From the NCBI GenBank assembly GCA_035605655.1, contig DASZKO010000085.1, forward strand, positions 1,409 to 65,408: DNA of 64,000 nt, given 5' to 3'. The position numbers and the translations under genes were made by a program. Origin of the DNA: Caulobacteraceae bacterium. GTDB taxonomy: Bacteria > Pseudomonadota > Alphaproteobacteria > Caulobacterales > Caulobacteraceae. This document shows positions 19,243-29,037 of the stretch, one piece after another. How positions within the stretch are numbered: the first letter of the stretch is position 1; every line of letters starts with the position of its first letter. Below the pieces are notes generated by a model. That model did no database searches and had not been told where the DNA came from. It worked only from the letters and a program-made list of their open reading frames with translations.

Positions 19243-19802
19243 CCGCGCGGCCGCGGCGATGGACCGGGCGCCGGTAGCGGGGCGGCGGCGGCCGGCGGCG
19301 CGGGCGCCTGTTTGGGTGGACATCCCTTGCCGATCTGCGCGCAGGTCTGCGCCAGGACTTCGCGCTTGAAGTCGAACCCCTTCAGGGATTCGCCCAGGCC
19401 CGGCAGGACCTTGAAAAGCCGGTTCGAATAGGCTTGGCCGGCCGGCGTCGCCAGGAACGAGGCGGTGGCCTGGAGATCCTGAGAACTCATGGTTGCGGCG
19501 TAGATCACGGCGATTTTGTCGACGACCCGGCCCAGGCCTTCGTCGAGCTTGGACTTGGCGATCGCCTCTACCTTGACCTTCTCGGCGGGAGTCAGCGGCC
19601 CCAGGCTGGCCTCGACACCGGCGACCTGCGCCCCGCCCACGGTGCGCACGAGGCCGAGAAAATCGTCATGCTCCGCCACCTTACGAGCCAGGGCCAGGGT
19701 CGCAGGGGATGGCGGCGGGGCGGCGGGCGCAGGGGCCGGCGCCTGGGCGAAGGCGCTGGGCGCCACGCAAAGGACAGCCAGGACCGTCGCTCTCATTGTC
19801 AT
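19239..19802 (-). CDS. Secreted DUF2059-like protein
   Basis: Signal peptide ending SAFA-Q; IYAATMSSQDL...FLATPAGQ; Pro/Ala-rich ends. Confidence 0.7.
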   Translation of the reverse strand: MTMRATVLAVLCVAPSAFAQAPAPAPAAPPPSPATLALARKVAEHDDFLGLVRTVGGAQVAGVEASLGPLTPAEKVKVEAIAKSKLDEGLGRVVDKIAVIYAATMSSQDLQATASFLATPAGQAYSNRLFKVLPGLGESLKGFDFKREVLAQTCAQIGKGCPPKQAPAPPAAAAPLPAPGPSPRPRG

Positions 19803-19830
19803 CGTCGTGACTCTCCCCTTCCCTTCCACG

Positions 19831-20784
19831 TCAGGCCGCCGCGACCTTGGACTGGCCGCGCCAGGCATCGAGGAAACTGGCCTGGTGCACGCAGCTCACC
19901 GTGCAGAACGGGGCGCAGGCCTTGGCGGTATCGAATTCGCGATCGATGTCCGCCTGGCCATAGGCGGCCAGCGGTATGCCCGGCGATCCGCGCTGCTGCG
20001 AGCAGTAGTGAACCAGGCCGTCCTCACACACGTAGAGGTAGCGCGCGCCGGCCCGGCAATGCCAGGCGTTGGGCTTGCCCGCCATGAGGTTTTTCTGAAA
20101 CATCAGGTAGTTGATGACGTGGGCGGCGGATCCCTTGCCCATCAGAGCGTGATAGACGGCTCGCTGCGTCGGCGAGAGCGGGGCGAGGGTCCCCTCCCCG
20201 TCGTGAAGCACCCCGACGGTGTGCGAAAAGCCGTGCGCCCTGGCATTCCTGGCAACCTCCAGAGCGTCGCGGGTGCGCTCCTCGGAGATGCCGAGCACCG
20301 AGTTGATGTTGACGTGGAAGCGGGCGTGGACGGCGAGCAGTTGCAGCTTGCCGGCCAGGGATTTCAACGTCTTCTTGGAGATGGCGTCCGGCTTCACGCC
20401 GTCGATGGAGATCTGCAGTTCCTGCAGGCCGGCCGCGTTCATCCCCTCGATCCGCCGGATGGTCAGGAGAAACCCGTTGGTGATGGTGGTGGCGATCATC
20501 CCGTGCTGGCGGATGCGGCGCACCACCGCGTCGTGACCGGGATGGGTAAGCGGTTCGCCGCCGGTGAGGGTCACGATCTGCGTCCCCAGCTTCGCCAGGG
20601 CGTCGACCCGAGCCAGGAGGTCGTCGAGGGGAACGGGCTTGGAGACCTTGTCGTATTCGGCGCAGTAGGCGCATTCGAGATTGCAGTAGCGGGTGACCAC
20701 CAGGTGGGCGAGCATCGGCCGGCGCCTGGAGGTCAGGACGCGCGAGGCCACTTTGAGGCTTTCGCCCAGTGTGATGCCGGCCAT
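19831..20784 (-). CDS. Radical SAM protein with C-terminal Cys-rich (Twitch/SPASM-like) extension
   Basis: CNLECAYC, LTGGEPL, ITNGFLL, QISIDG; CRAGARYLYVCEDGLVHYC...CAPFCTVSC. Confidence 0.85.
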   Translation of the reverse strand: MAGITLGESLKVASRVLTSRRRPMLAHLVVTRYCNLECAYCAEYDKVSKPVPLDDLLARVDALAKLGTQIVTLTGGEPLTHPGHDAVVRRIRQHGMIATTITNGFLLTIRRIEGMNAAGLQELQISIDGVKPDAISKKTLKSLAGKLQLLAVHARFHVNINSVLGISEERTRDALEVARNARAHGFSHTVGVLHDGEGTLAPLSPTQRAVYHALMGKGSAAHVINYLMFQKNLMAGKPNAWHCRAGARYLYVCEDGLVHYCSQQRGSPGIPLAAYGQADIDREFDTAKACAPFCTVSCVHQASFLDAWRGQSKVAAA

Positions 20785-20795
20785 GGGGGCTTCTT

Positions 20796-21260
20796 TTAGG
20801 GGTAGCGCAGCCGTAGGTGCAAGGTCGTCTCGTCCGGGCCCGCCTGGAACTTGACCTGCTCGTACGACGGGGCTGAGAGCAGGGTGCGCGGATTGTTGGA
20901 GAATCCGAAACCCTCGATACCGCCAAGCAGCCTGTGATCCCATTTCCCGTTGGAATTGGCGTCGTGATAGACCGCGAAGGCGTAGGTCCCCGGCCCGCGC
21001 AGCCAGATGCACATCCGCGTTTGAGGCGCGGTGGCCGGCACGCTCCACACCTTGAGGGCGCCATCCTTGATCAGAAACTGGCTTCTGTCGCCTGGATAGA
21101 GCGAGCCGGTCATGAGGCCGCGGGCGGCGTTGACATTGTCGATGATGAGCGTGAGCCGGGTTCCCGTGGGAGTCCCCTGACAGGGGACGGCCAGCGCCGC
21201 GAGCGGGACGAACGCGAGCAACGAGACGGCCGAGGCGACGGCGGCCTTCAACAAGATCAT
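20796..21260 (-). CDS. DUF2141 secreted protein
   Basis: Signal peptide; PGTYAFAVYHDANSNGK.D...EGFGFSNNP...PSYEQV.F. Confidence 0.88.
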   Translation of the reverse strand: MILLKAAVASAVSLLAFVPLAALAVPCQGTPTGTRLTLIIDNVNAARGLMTGSLYPGDRSQFLIKDGALKVWSVPATAPQTRMCIWLRGPGTYAFAVYHDANSNGKWDHRLLGGIEGFGFSNNPRTLLSAPSYEQVKFQAGPDETTLHLRLRYP

Positions 21261-21538
21261 ACGGGCAGGTGACTTTCCTCGATGGCGCCGTCTTGGCGGG
21301 CGGAAGCGAGTGTAGCGACGGACGGTTTCTGACCGATTTATGCGACCGAACCGTGAAATGCACGCTCCTATGCGCTCTGGGATCGCGTCCTGGAGCCATG
21401 ACGACCATGAGAGTGACTACTACGAGGTGATCGGCCCCGGCGGTCAGCTGGCTCTCTTCGAAATGCTTCACCCTAAGGCGGCCGAGGCGGAACTAGGGCG
21501 GTAAGACGCCCCGAAGCGGCCGCGCCGCCCGAGTTGCG

Positions 21539-21567
21539 TTGTCACCGAGTTTCGGCCGGGCTAGCAT
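21539..21567 (+). promoter_or_regulatory. Putative sigma70 promoter of chrA
   Basis: TTGTCA(21539-21544)-N17-TAGCAT(21562-21567). Confidence 0.5.
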
Positions 21568-21568
21568 T

Positions 21569-21624
21569 GGCAGTTCGGGATGGGACGGTGTCCCGATCAG
21601 GCCGCGGCCCAAGCACCGTGCGGC
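21569..21624 (+). ncRNA. Candidate structured cis-regulatory leader of chrA (possibly chrB-motif-like)
   Basis: TCGGGA...TCCCGA or the alternative GGGAC-GGT-GTCCC pairing, then a GCCGC...GCGGC hairpin, between the promoter and ATG 21644. Confidence 0.4.
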
Positions 21625-23001
21625 TTCGTTGGGGGTCAGCGCCATGGGCCGAACCGCGGTTGGCGAGCACGGCGTCTCTTTCGCCGAGGCTGTGAGGGTC
21701 TGGGCGCGGGTCGCGGCCCTCAGCTTCGGCGGCCCGGCCGGCCAGATCGCGATCATGCACCGTATCCTAGTCGAGGAGAAGCGGTGGATCGGCGAGCGTC
21801 GATTCCTGCAGGCTCTCAACTACTGCATGCTGCTGCCCGGCCCCGAGGCTCAGCAACTGGCGATCTACATCGGCTGGCTGATGCACCGCACCGCCGGCGG
21901 CCTTGTGGCTGGTCTTCTTTTCGTCCTACCCGGACTCATCGCCCTGATGGCGTTGAGCATCCTGTATTCCCTCTATGGCGGGGTGGGTCCGGTGGCGGCC
22001 CTGTTCTATGGCCTCAAGGCGGCGGTGCTGGTGCTAGTGCTGCAAGCGGTGATGAGGGTCGGCCGCAGGGCGCTAGGCAATCGGATCCTCGTCGCCCTAG
22101 CCGGCTTGGCGTTCGTCGCCATGTTCGTGTTCCGCACGCCATTTCCAGTTGTCGTGTTGGGCGCCGGCGCGATCGGCTTCCTGGGGGATCGCGTCGGGCT
22201 CACCGCCTTTCGAGTTGGCGGCCGCCGAGACGAGCGATCAGCACCCGATACCTCCGACGCCGATAGCCTCCTGGGCGATGGCGCCCCCGACCACACCAAG
22301 CCCAATCTTCGCCGCGCCTTGCCTCTTAGCGCCATCCTGCTGGTGCTGTGGCTGGGACCGGTGCTGGCCCTCGGCCTGACGCTCGGCTGGCGCAATGTGT
22401 ACAGCGAGATCGGACTGTTCTTCTCGAAAATGGCCGTGGTGACCTTCGGCGGGGCCTACGCAGTCCTGGCCTACGTCGCCCAGGAAGCCGTGCAGTCCTT
22501 TCATTGGCTGAAACCGGGTGAGATGCTTGACGGCCTTGGCATGGCGGAGACGACGCCCGGCCCTCTGATCATGGTCAACCAGTTCGTCGGCTTTATGGGC
22601 GCTCTGCGGGGGACAACGGGTCTGCCGCCTATTCTCGCGGGCGTACTGGGCGGGTTGTTGACCACCTGGGTCACCTTCACGCCGTGCTTCATCTGGATCT
22701 TCCTGGGCGCCCCCTACGTGGAAGCCCTGCGCGAGGCCAAGGCCCTGAACGCGGCCCTGACCGCGATCACCGCCGTCGTGGTCGGGGTGATCCTCAATCT
22801 GGCCGTCTGGTTCAGCCTTCATGTCCTCTTTCGCGAGGTGCGCCAGATCCATTGGGGCGGCGTGCTGCTCGAAGTCCCACGGTTGGCTTCCGCGAATGTG
22901 CCGGCCATGGTGCTCAGCGGGGCGGCGGCGGTCGCGCTCCTGCGTTTCAGGCTCGGGGTGATCCCGTTGCTGCTCGCCTGCTCGGGGGCCGGGGTGGTTT
23001 A

Positions 23002-24045
<1,044 letters not shown>

Positions 24046-24137
24046 GGCGCAGATATAGGGCGCATTGGCTCCGCGCGAACTTTTCAAGAAAGGTCAAAGC
24101 CGCCTAAACGGTCGGGGTTGGTTGCGAGGGCCACGAC

Positions 24138-24965
24138 GTGAACGCCATCTTCGTCTGGTTACTGGGCCTGGGCGACGTGGTTCTGGGCCTGGGGCTGTTC
24201 GCTCTCCTTGCTCTGGCCTGCGAGGGCGGATTCCGCTTCGGCCGCGCGCACGGGCGGACGCGGACTGGCGATCTCAGCCAAGCCACGGTCACCGCCACAC
24301 TAACGTCCGGTATGATCGCCTTGCTGGCCTTCATACTTGGTTTGACGGTGAATTTTGCGCAAAGCAGATTCGAGGCGCGTCGCGAGTTGGTGGCGACCGA
24401 GGCCCAGGCCATTGGCACGGCATGGCTGCGGGCGCGCGCACTTGGCGGGCAAAGTGGAGACGCGCTCGCCACCGAGATCCGCCAGTACGCTCAGACCCGG
24501 CTCGACTTCACTCGCGCCAGGCCTGGAGCGCCGGCCGACGTCCTGATCGCGCGCACCGGCGAGGAACAGGGGCGGATCTGGCGACTGGTTACCGACCTCG
24601 CTCGCGCCGCCCCGAGCCCAATCACCGCAACGCTGATCAATGCGGTCAACGAGATGTTCGATTCGGCCCAGGCTCAGAGATTCGCCTTTCTGGGCGAGCC
24701 CCCCGGGATCATGTTGGACCTGATGATGTTAGGCGGGATCATCGCCATCGGGGCCCTGGGATTTGAAATGGGCCTGCGAGGCCCGCGCCAACCGATCCTG
24801 ACCGCCCTGCTCCTGATCATGTGGACAGGGGCCATGGTGGTCAGCGTCGACCTCGGCCGGCCGCGCCTGGGACTGGTGCTTGTCGATCCAAGGCCGTTGG
24901 AATGGACCGTCCACGACATCGGCGATTCACCCCCCACAGCCGCGCCTGTCGCGAGCCCGAAGTGA
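24138..24965 (+). CDS. DUF4239-like membrane protein
   Basis: TM helices; LLAFILGLT..A.SRFEARR..V.TEA.AIGTAWLRA; DL.RPR.G. Confidence 0.7.
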   Translation: MNAIFVWLLGLGDVVLGLGLFALLALACEGGFRFGRAHGRTRTGDLSQATVTATLTSGMIALLAFILGLTVNFAQSRFEARRELVATEAQAIGTAWLRARALGGQSGDALATEIRQYAQTRLDFTRARPGAPADVLIARTGEEQGRIWRLVTDLARAAPSPITATLINAVNEMFDSAQAQRFAFLGEPPGIMLDLMMLGGIIAIGALGFEMGLRGPRQPILTALLLIMWTGAMVVSVDLGRPRLGLVLVDPRPLEWTVHDIGDSPPTAAPVASPK

Positions 24966-25597
24966 CCGCTCGTTTGTGGGACATCAGCCAGACCCTGCGG
25001 CCTGGGCTGCCGGTGTGGCCGGGAGACACGCCGTTTTCGGTCGGACGCCGGTGGACGCAGGGTGAAGACTCGCCCGTGACCGTCTCGCGTTTTTCGACAA
25101 CCGCGCACGCTGGAACCCACGCCGACGCCCCCTTGCATTACGCGGCTGGCGAAGCCGATGCGGCCGGCGTGGAGCTGGGCCCTTATGTCGGCCCCTGCCG
25201 GGTGATCGACGCCCGCGGCCAGGGCCCGGCGATCGGCCTGGCCTTCGTGGAGCGCGCCGTGATCGACCCGCCGCCGCGGGTGCTGTTCCGCACCTACGCG
25301 CATTTTCCCCATGACGAGTGGGACGCCGATTTCACGGCGATCACGAGCGGCGCGATCGGGGCCCTGGCGACGAGGGGCGTAAGCTTGGTGGGCATCGATT
25401 CACCGTCGCTCGACCCGCAAGACTCCAAGACTATGGACGCCCACAGAGCGGTGCTCGCGGCCGGAATGCGGGTGCTCGAGGGCCTGGTTCTCGACGAGGT
25501 CCCGCCGGGCGATTACGAGCTCATCGCCCTGCCCCTCAAGCTGGCCGGTCTCGACGCCTCGCCGGTGCGGGCAATACTGCGGAGCTCGGCGACATGA
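24962..25597 (+). CDS. kynB: Kynurenine formamidase (arylformamidase)
   Basis: LWDISQ, PVWPGD, HAGTHADAPLHY, GIDSPSLDP..SK, LEGLVLD, DASPVRA. GTG overlaps the upstream stop. Confidence 0.92.
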   Translation: MTARLWDISQTLRPGLPVWPGDTPFSVGRRWTQGEDSPVTVSRFSTTAHAGTHADAPLHYAAGEADAAGVELGPYVGPCRVIDARGQGPAIGLAFVERAVIDPPPRVLFRTYAHFPHDEWDADFTAITSGAIGALATRGVSLVGIDSPSLDPQDSKTMDAHRAVLAAGMRVLEGLVLDEVPPGDYELIALPLKLAGLDASPVRAILRSSAT

Positions 25598-26826
25598 AGC
25601 CCTCGCTCGAGGCGGTCCGCGCCTGGGATCGGGACGACCTCCTTGCTGGTTTCAAGGCCCGCTTCGACCTACCCGCCGGGGTGATCTATCTCGACGGCAA
25701 TTCCCTGGGGCCGCCACCGCGAACGGCGGGCGAGCGGATCGCCACGGTGATCGCCCAGGAGTGGGGCGACGGATTGATCCGCAGCTGGAACGACGCCGAC
25801 TGGATCGGGGCGCCGCGCCGGGTGGGGGGGAAGATCGGCCGCCTGATCGGGGCCCAGGCCAACGAGGTGATCGTCGCCGACTCGACGTCGGTCAATCTCT
25901 TCAAGCTCCTGGCGGCGGTCTTGGCCGCCCGGCCGGGGCGCAATGTGATCCTCACCGAGACCGGCAACTTTCCCACCGATCTCTACATTGCCGGCGGCGC
26001 GGCCGGGACGATCCCGGGCGCGAGCGTGCGGGCGGTCGTTCCGGGCGAGGTCGAGGCGGCGATCGATCGGGATACGGCCGTCGTCCTCCTCACCCATGTT
26101 CACTACAAGACCGCGGCCCGCCGCGACATGGCCGCGCTGACCGCCGCCGCCCACGCCGCCGGAGCCCTGATGCTTTGGGACTTGAGCCATAGCGCCGGGG
26201 CGGTCCGGGTGGACCTGACCGGCTGCGAGGCCGACCTCGCGGTCGGCTGCGGCTACAAGTTCCTGAACGGCGGCCCGGGAGCCCCGGCTTTCCTCTTCAT
26301 CGCCGGCCGGCTTCAGGCCGAGATGCGTTCGCCGCTCACCGGCTGGATGGGTCACGCCGCGCCCTTCGATTTCGTCGACGACTATGAGCCGGCGCCAGGG
26401 GTCGGCCGGTTCTTGTGCGGCACCCCGCCGATCCTCGGTCTCGCCGCCCTGGAGGCCGGAATCGATCTGGCCCTGGAGGTCGACAGCGCCGCCCTGGAGG
26501 CCAAGTCGGCCAGCCTGTGGCGCCTTTTCGCCGATCTCATGGCCGAGCGGCTGGGTCCAGCGTTCCGCCTGATCACTCCGGCTGATCCGCGGGCGCGCGG
26601 CAGCCACATCTCCTTCGCCCACCCGGACGGCTTTGCGATCATGCGGGTCCTCATCGCCTGGGGCGTGATCGGCGATTTCCGCGAACCGGACGTCATGCGC
26701 TTTGGGATCACCCCGCTCTATCTCGGCTACGAGGACATCTGGCGGGCGGTGGAGACCTTGGCCGAGGTGATGGAGTCGGGCGAATGGCGAGAGATGCCCC
26801 CGCGCGCCCGCGGTCAGGTGACATGA
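25594..26826 (+). CDS. kynU: Kynureninase
   Basis: YLDGNSLG, DSTSVNLFK, NFPTD, WDLSHSAG, GCGYKFLNGGPG (PLP Lys), GW.GH, RGSH. Confidence 0.93.
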   Translation: MKPSLEAVRAWDRDDLLAGFKARFDLPAGVIYLDGNSLGPPPRTAGERIATVIAQEWGDGLIRSWNDADWIGAPRRVGGKIGRLIGAQANEVIVADSTSVNLFKLLAAVLAARPGRNVILTETGNFPTDLYIAGGAAGTIPGASVRAVVPGEVEAAIDRDTAVVLLTHVHYKTAARRDMAALTAAAHAAGALMLWDLSHSAGAVRVDLTGCEADLAVGCGYKFLNGGPGAPAFLFIAGRLQAEMRSPLTGWMGHAAPFDFVDDYEPAPGVGRFLCGTPPILGLAALEAGIDLALEVDSAALEAKSASLWRLFADLMAERLGPAFRLITPADPRARGSHISFAHPDGFAIMRVLIAWGVIGDFREPDVMRFGITPLYLGYEDIWRAVETLAEVMESGEWREMPPRARGQVT

Positions 26827-26842
26827 TGGCGCGAACCGGCCG

Positions 26843-28240
26843 ATGAGGTTCTATTTCCTGGGCATCGCCGGGGCGGGAATGAGCGCCTTGGCCTCCGTGC
26901 TGGTCTCACAAGGCCACCAGGTGAGCGGCTCGGACGACGCGGTCTTCCCGCCGGTGAGCGATTATCTCGACCGCATGGCCATCGAATGGCGTGAAGGGTT
27001 CGATGCGGCCGGACTGCCGGAACATTTCGACGCCGCCATCATCGGCTCCAGCGCCAAGCTCGATCTGGCTCACAACGTCGAACTGGCCGAAATCATTCGC
27101 CGCGGCGTTCCCCGCTACAGTTTCGCGGAGTTTCTCGGCCGCCATACCCGCGGGCGGGACAACGTGGTCATCGCCGGCAGCTTCGGCAAATCGACCCTGA
27201 CCGCCCTGGCGGCGCTGCTACTGATCGAGGCCGGCCGCGATCCCGGATATATCGTCGGCGCCGTGCCTCTCGACCTGGCGGCCACCGGCCATGGTGGGAC
27301 CGACGCCGTTTTCCTCATGGAGGGCGACGAGTACATCGTCGGCGGCGAGGACCGGCGCTCGAAGTTCCTGCTCTATCATCCGGGGACGGTGCTCATCACT
27401 TCCGTGGTCCATGACCACGTCAACGTCTTCCCGACTATGGCCGACTACGAGGCCCCATTTGCGGCTCTGATCGATCTGCTGCCGGCCGGCGGCCGGCTTC
27501 TGTGCGCCCAGGGATACGAGCCGCTGCGCCGCATCGCCGCCGGCCAGGACGTAATCTGGTATGGCGGCGCGCCCGGTCCAGGCTATTTCGCCGACGATGT
27601 TGAGATCGGCGAGGTGACACGGTTCGACCTCGTCACCCCGGGTGGGACTCGCATACCCCTCGCCACCGAACTCCTGGGCCGCCACAATATCGAGAACATC
27701 GTCGGCGCGGCGGCCCTGCTCCTCGAGCGGGGCGAGATCGACGCACCGGCCCTCCAGCGCGGCGTGGCGAAATTCCGCGGCGTGGCCCGCCGGCTCGACA
27801 AGAAGACCCGCCATTCACGAGTCCCGGTCTACGAGGGTTTCGGCTCCTCCTACGAGAAAGCCCGCTCGGCCATCGAGGCCATTCAGCTCCATTTTCCCGA
27901 TCGCCGAGCGGTGGTGGTCTTCGAGCCGCATACCTTCAGCTGGCGCAACGCCGCCGCGCTGTCCTGGTACGACAGCGTGTTCGAAGGCGTGGCCAGGGTC
28001 CTGCTGCTCGCCCCACCGGCCCACGGCGCCGAGGGCCACGCCCAACTGAGCCAGGACGAGATCGTCGCCCGCGTCCGGACGGCGGGAGTACCGGTCATCG
28101 GCGTGAGAAGCGGCGCGGCGGCTCTGGCCGAGCTCGGCGCCGAGCTGAAGGGTGACGAGGTGGTGCTCCTGTTGTCTTCCGGCCCTCTGGATGGCCTGGC
28201 CGTCAGCCTGCCGGCCCTGCTCGACGAGCGCTTCGGCTAG
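26843..28240 (+). CDS. Mur ligase family protein, Mpl/MurC-like
   Basis: GIAGAGMSALA, VSGSD..FPP, IAGSFGKST, EGDEY, SKFL.Y.P, HDH, GRHN..N, FRGVARRL, VFEPHT. Confidence 0.82.
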   Translation: MRFYFLGIAGAGMSALASVLVSQGHQVSGSDDAVFPPVSDYLDRMAIEWREGFDAAGLPEHFDAAIIGSSAKLDLAHNVELAEIIRRGVPRYSFAEFLGRHTRGRDNVVIAGSFGKSTLTALAALLLIEAGRDPGYIVGAVPLDLAATGHGGTDAVFLMEGDEYIVGGEDRRSKFLLYHPGTVLITSVVHDHVNVFPTMADYEAPFAALIDLLPAGGRLLCAQGYEPLRRIAAGQDVIWYGGAPGPGYFADDVEIGEVTRFDLVTPGGTRIPLATELLGRHNIENIVGAAALLLERGEIDAPALQRGVAKFRGVARRLDKKTRHSRVPVYEGFGSSYEKARSAIEAIQLHFPDRRAVVVFEPHTFSWRNAAALSWYDSVFEGVARVLLLAPPAHGAEGHAQLSQDEIVARVRTAGVPVIGVRSGAAALAELGAELKGDEVVLLLSSGPLDGLAVSLPALLDERFG

Positions 28241-28245
28241 CCTTC

Positions 28246-29019
28246 CTATCGCGTCTGGCCGCCGTCGACGGGGATCACCGCGCCGGTCACGAAGCTGGCC
28301 AGAGGACTGAGCACAAAGGCCGCGGCGGCGGCGATCTCCTCCGGTCTACCGAACCGCTTCAAGGGGACTTCGCGGTCGATCCAGCGCTGCCAGGCATCGC
28401 CGCGAGGGCCGCTGGCGCGCTCCTCCCAGTCCCCGCCGGGAAAGATGATGTTGCCTGGGGCGATGGCGTTGACCCTCACGCCGGACGCGCCGGCGATCTT
28501 GGCCAACTCCTTGGCCAGGTGGTTCATCGCCGCCTTGGACGCGCCATAGCTGATCGGCGAGCCGAGCGCCGCCAGGCCGGCGATCGAACTGATGAAGAGC
28601 ACCGAGCCCTCGCCGCGCGGTGTCATCCGGCGCAAGCTCGAGCGCGCAAGGCGGAAGGCCGAGTCGAGGTTCTGATTGAAACCGCCGCTCCAGGTCTCAT
28701 CGTCGACCTCGAAGCCCGGCGGGCACGGATGCAGGCCGACATTGGCCACCGCGCCCCATAATGGTCCAAGCTCGCGCTCGGCGTCGGTAAGGGCCGCCTC
28801 GATAGTGGCGGTCTGGCGCATGTCGCCGGCCGTGGCCCACACCGCTCGTTCGCCATACTCGGCGGCGAAGCCGGCTCGCACCGTCTCCAGGCCTTCGGCG
28901 CCGCGCGCCGCCAGGGCCACCCTTGCGCCTTCAGCCAGAAGAGAGCGGGCGATCGCCGCGCCGATTCCCCGGCTGGCGCCGGAGACGAAAACGACCTTGC
29001 CCTCGAGCCCGAGATTCAT
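28246..29019 (-). CDS. Short-chain dehydrogenase/reductase
   Basis: [30 protein letters not shown]. Confidence 0.92.
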   Translation of the reverse strand: MNLGLEGKVVFVSGASRGIGAAIARSLLAEGARVALAARGAEGLETVRAGFAAEYGERAVWATAGDMRQTATIEAALTDAERELGPLWGAVANVGLHPCPPGFEVDDETWSGGFNQNLDSAFRLARSSLRRMTPRGEGSVLFISSIAGLAALGSPISYGASKAAMNHLAKELAKIAGASGVRVNAIAPGNIIFPGGDWEERASGPRGDAWQRWIDREVPLKRFGRPEEIAAAAAFVLSPLASFVTGAVIPVDGGQTR

Positions 29020-29037
29020 CTCATTTCTCCCTTGTGT

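Noticed and set aside
19831-20784. Assigning the second radical SAM as HpnH or HpnJ because of nearby hpnP
   Set aside because: It lacks the HpnH EPLFRCNLAC.GC context and has no B12 domain, so it was left unassigned
19831-21471. 546-aa ORF suggesting a DUF2141-radical SAM fusion or frameshift
   Set aside because: DUF2141 has its own stop at 20796 and the radical SAM has its own ATG at 20784. The extension is just an open alternate frame
21569-21624. Fluoride riboswitch upstream of chrA
   Set aside because: It lacks the GATGG.GTTC and CTGATGAC conserved segments. Kept only as a generic structured-leader candidate
24050-24088. RpoH promoter for the LLM gene (CTTGAA...CCTATAT on the minus strand)
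   Set aside because: The spacer is 23 nt, too long. Only the -10 element is convincing
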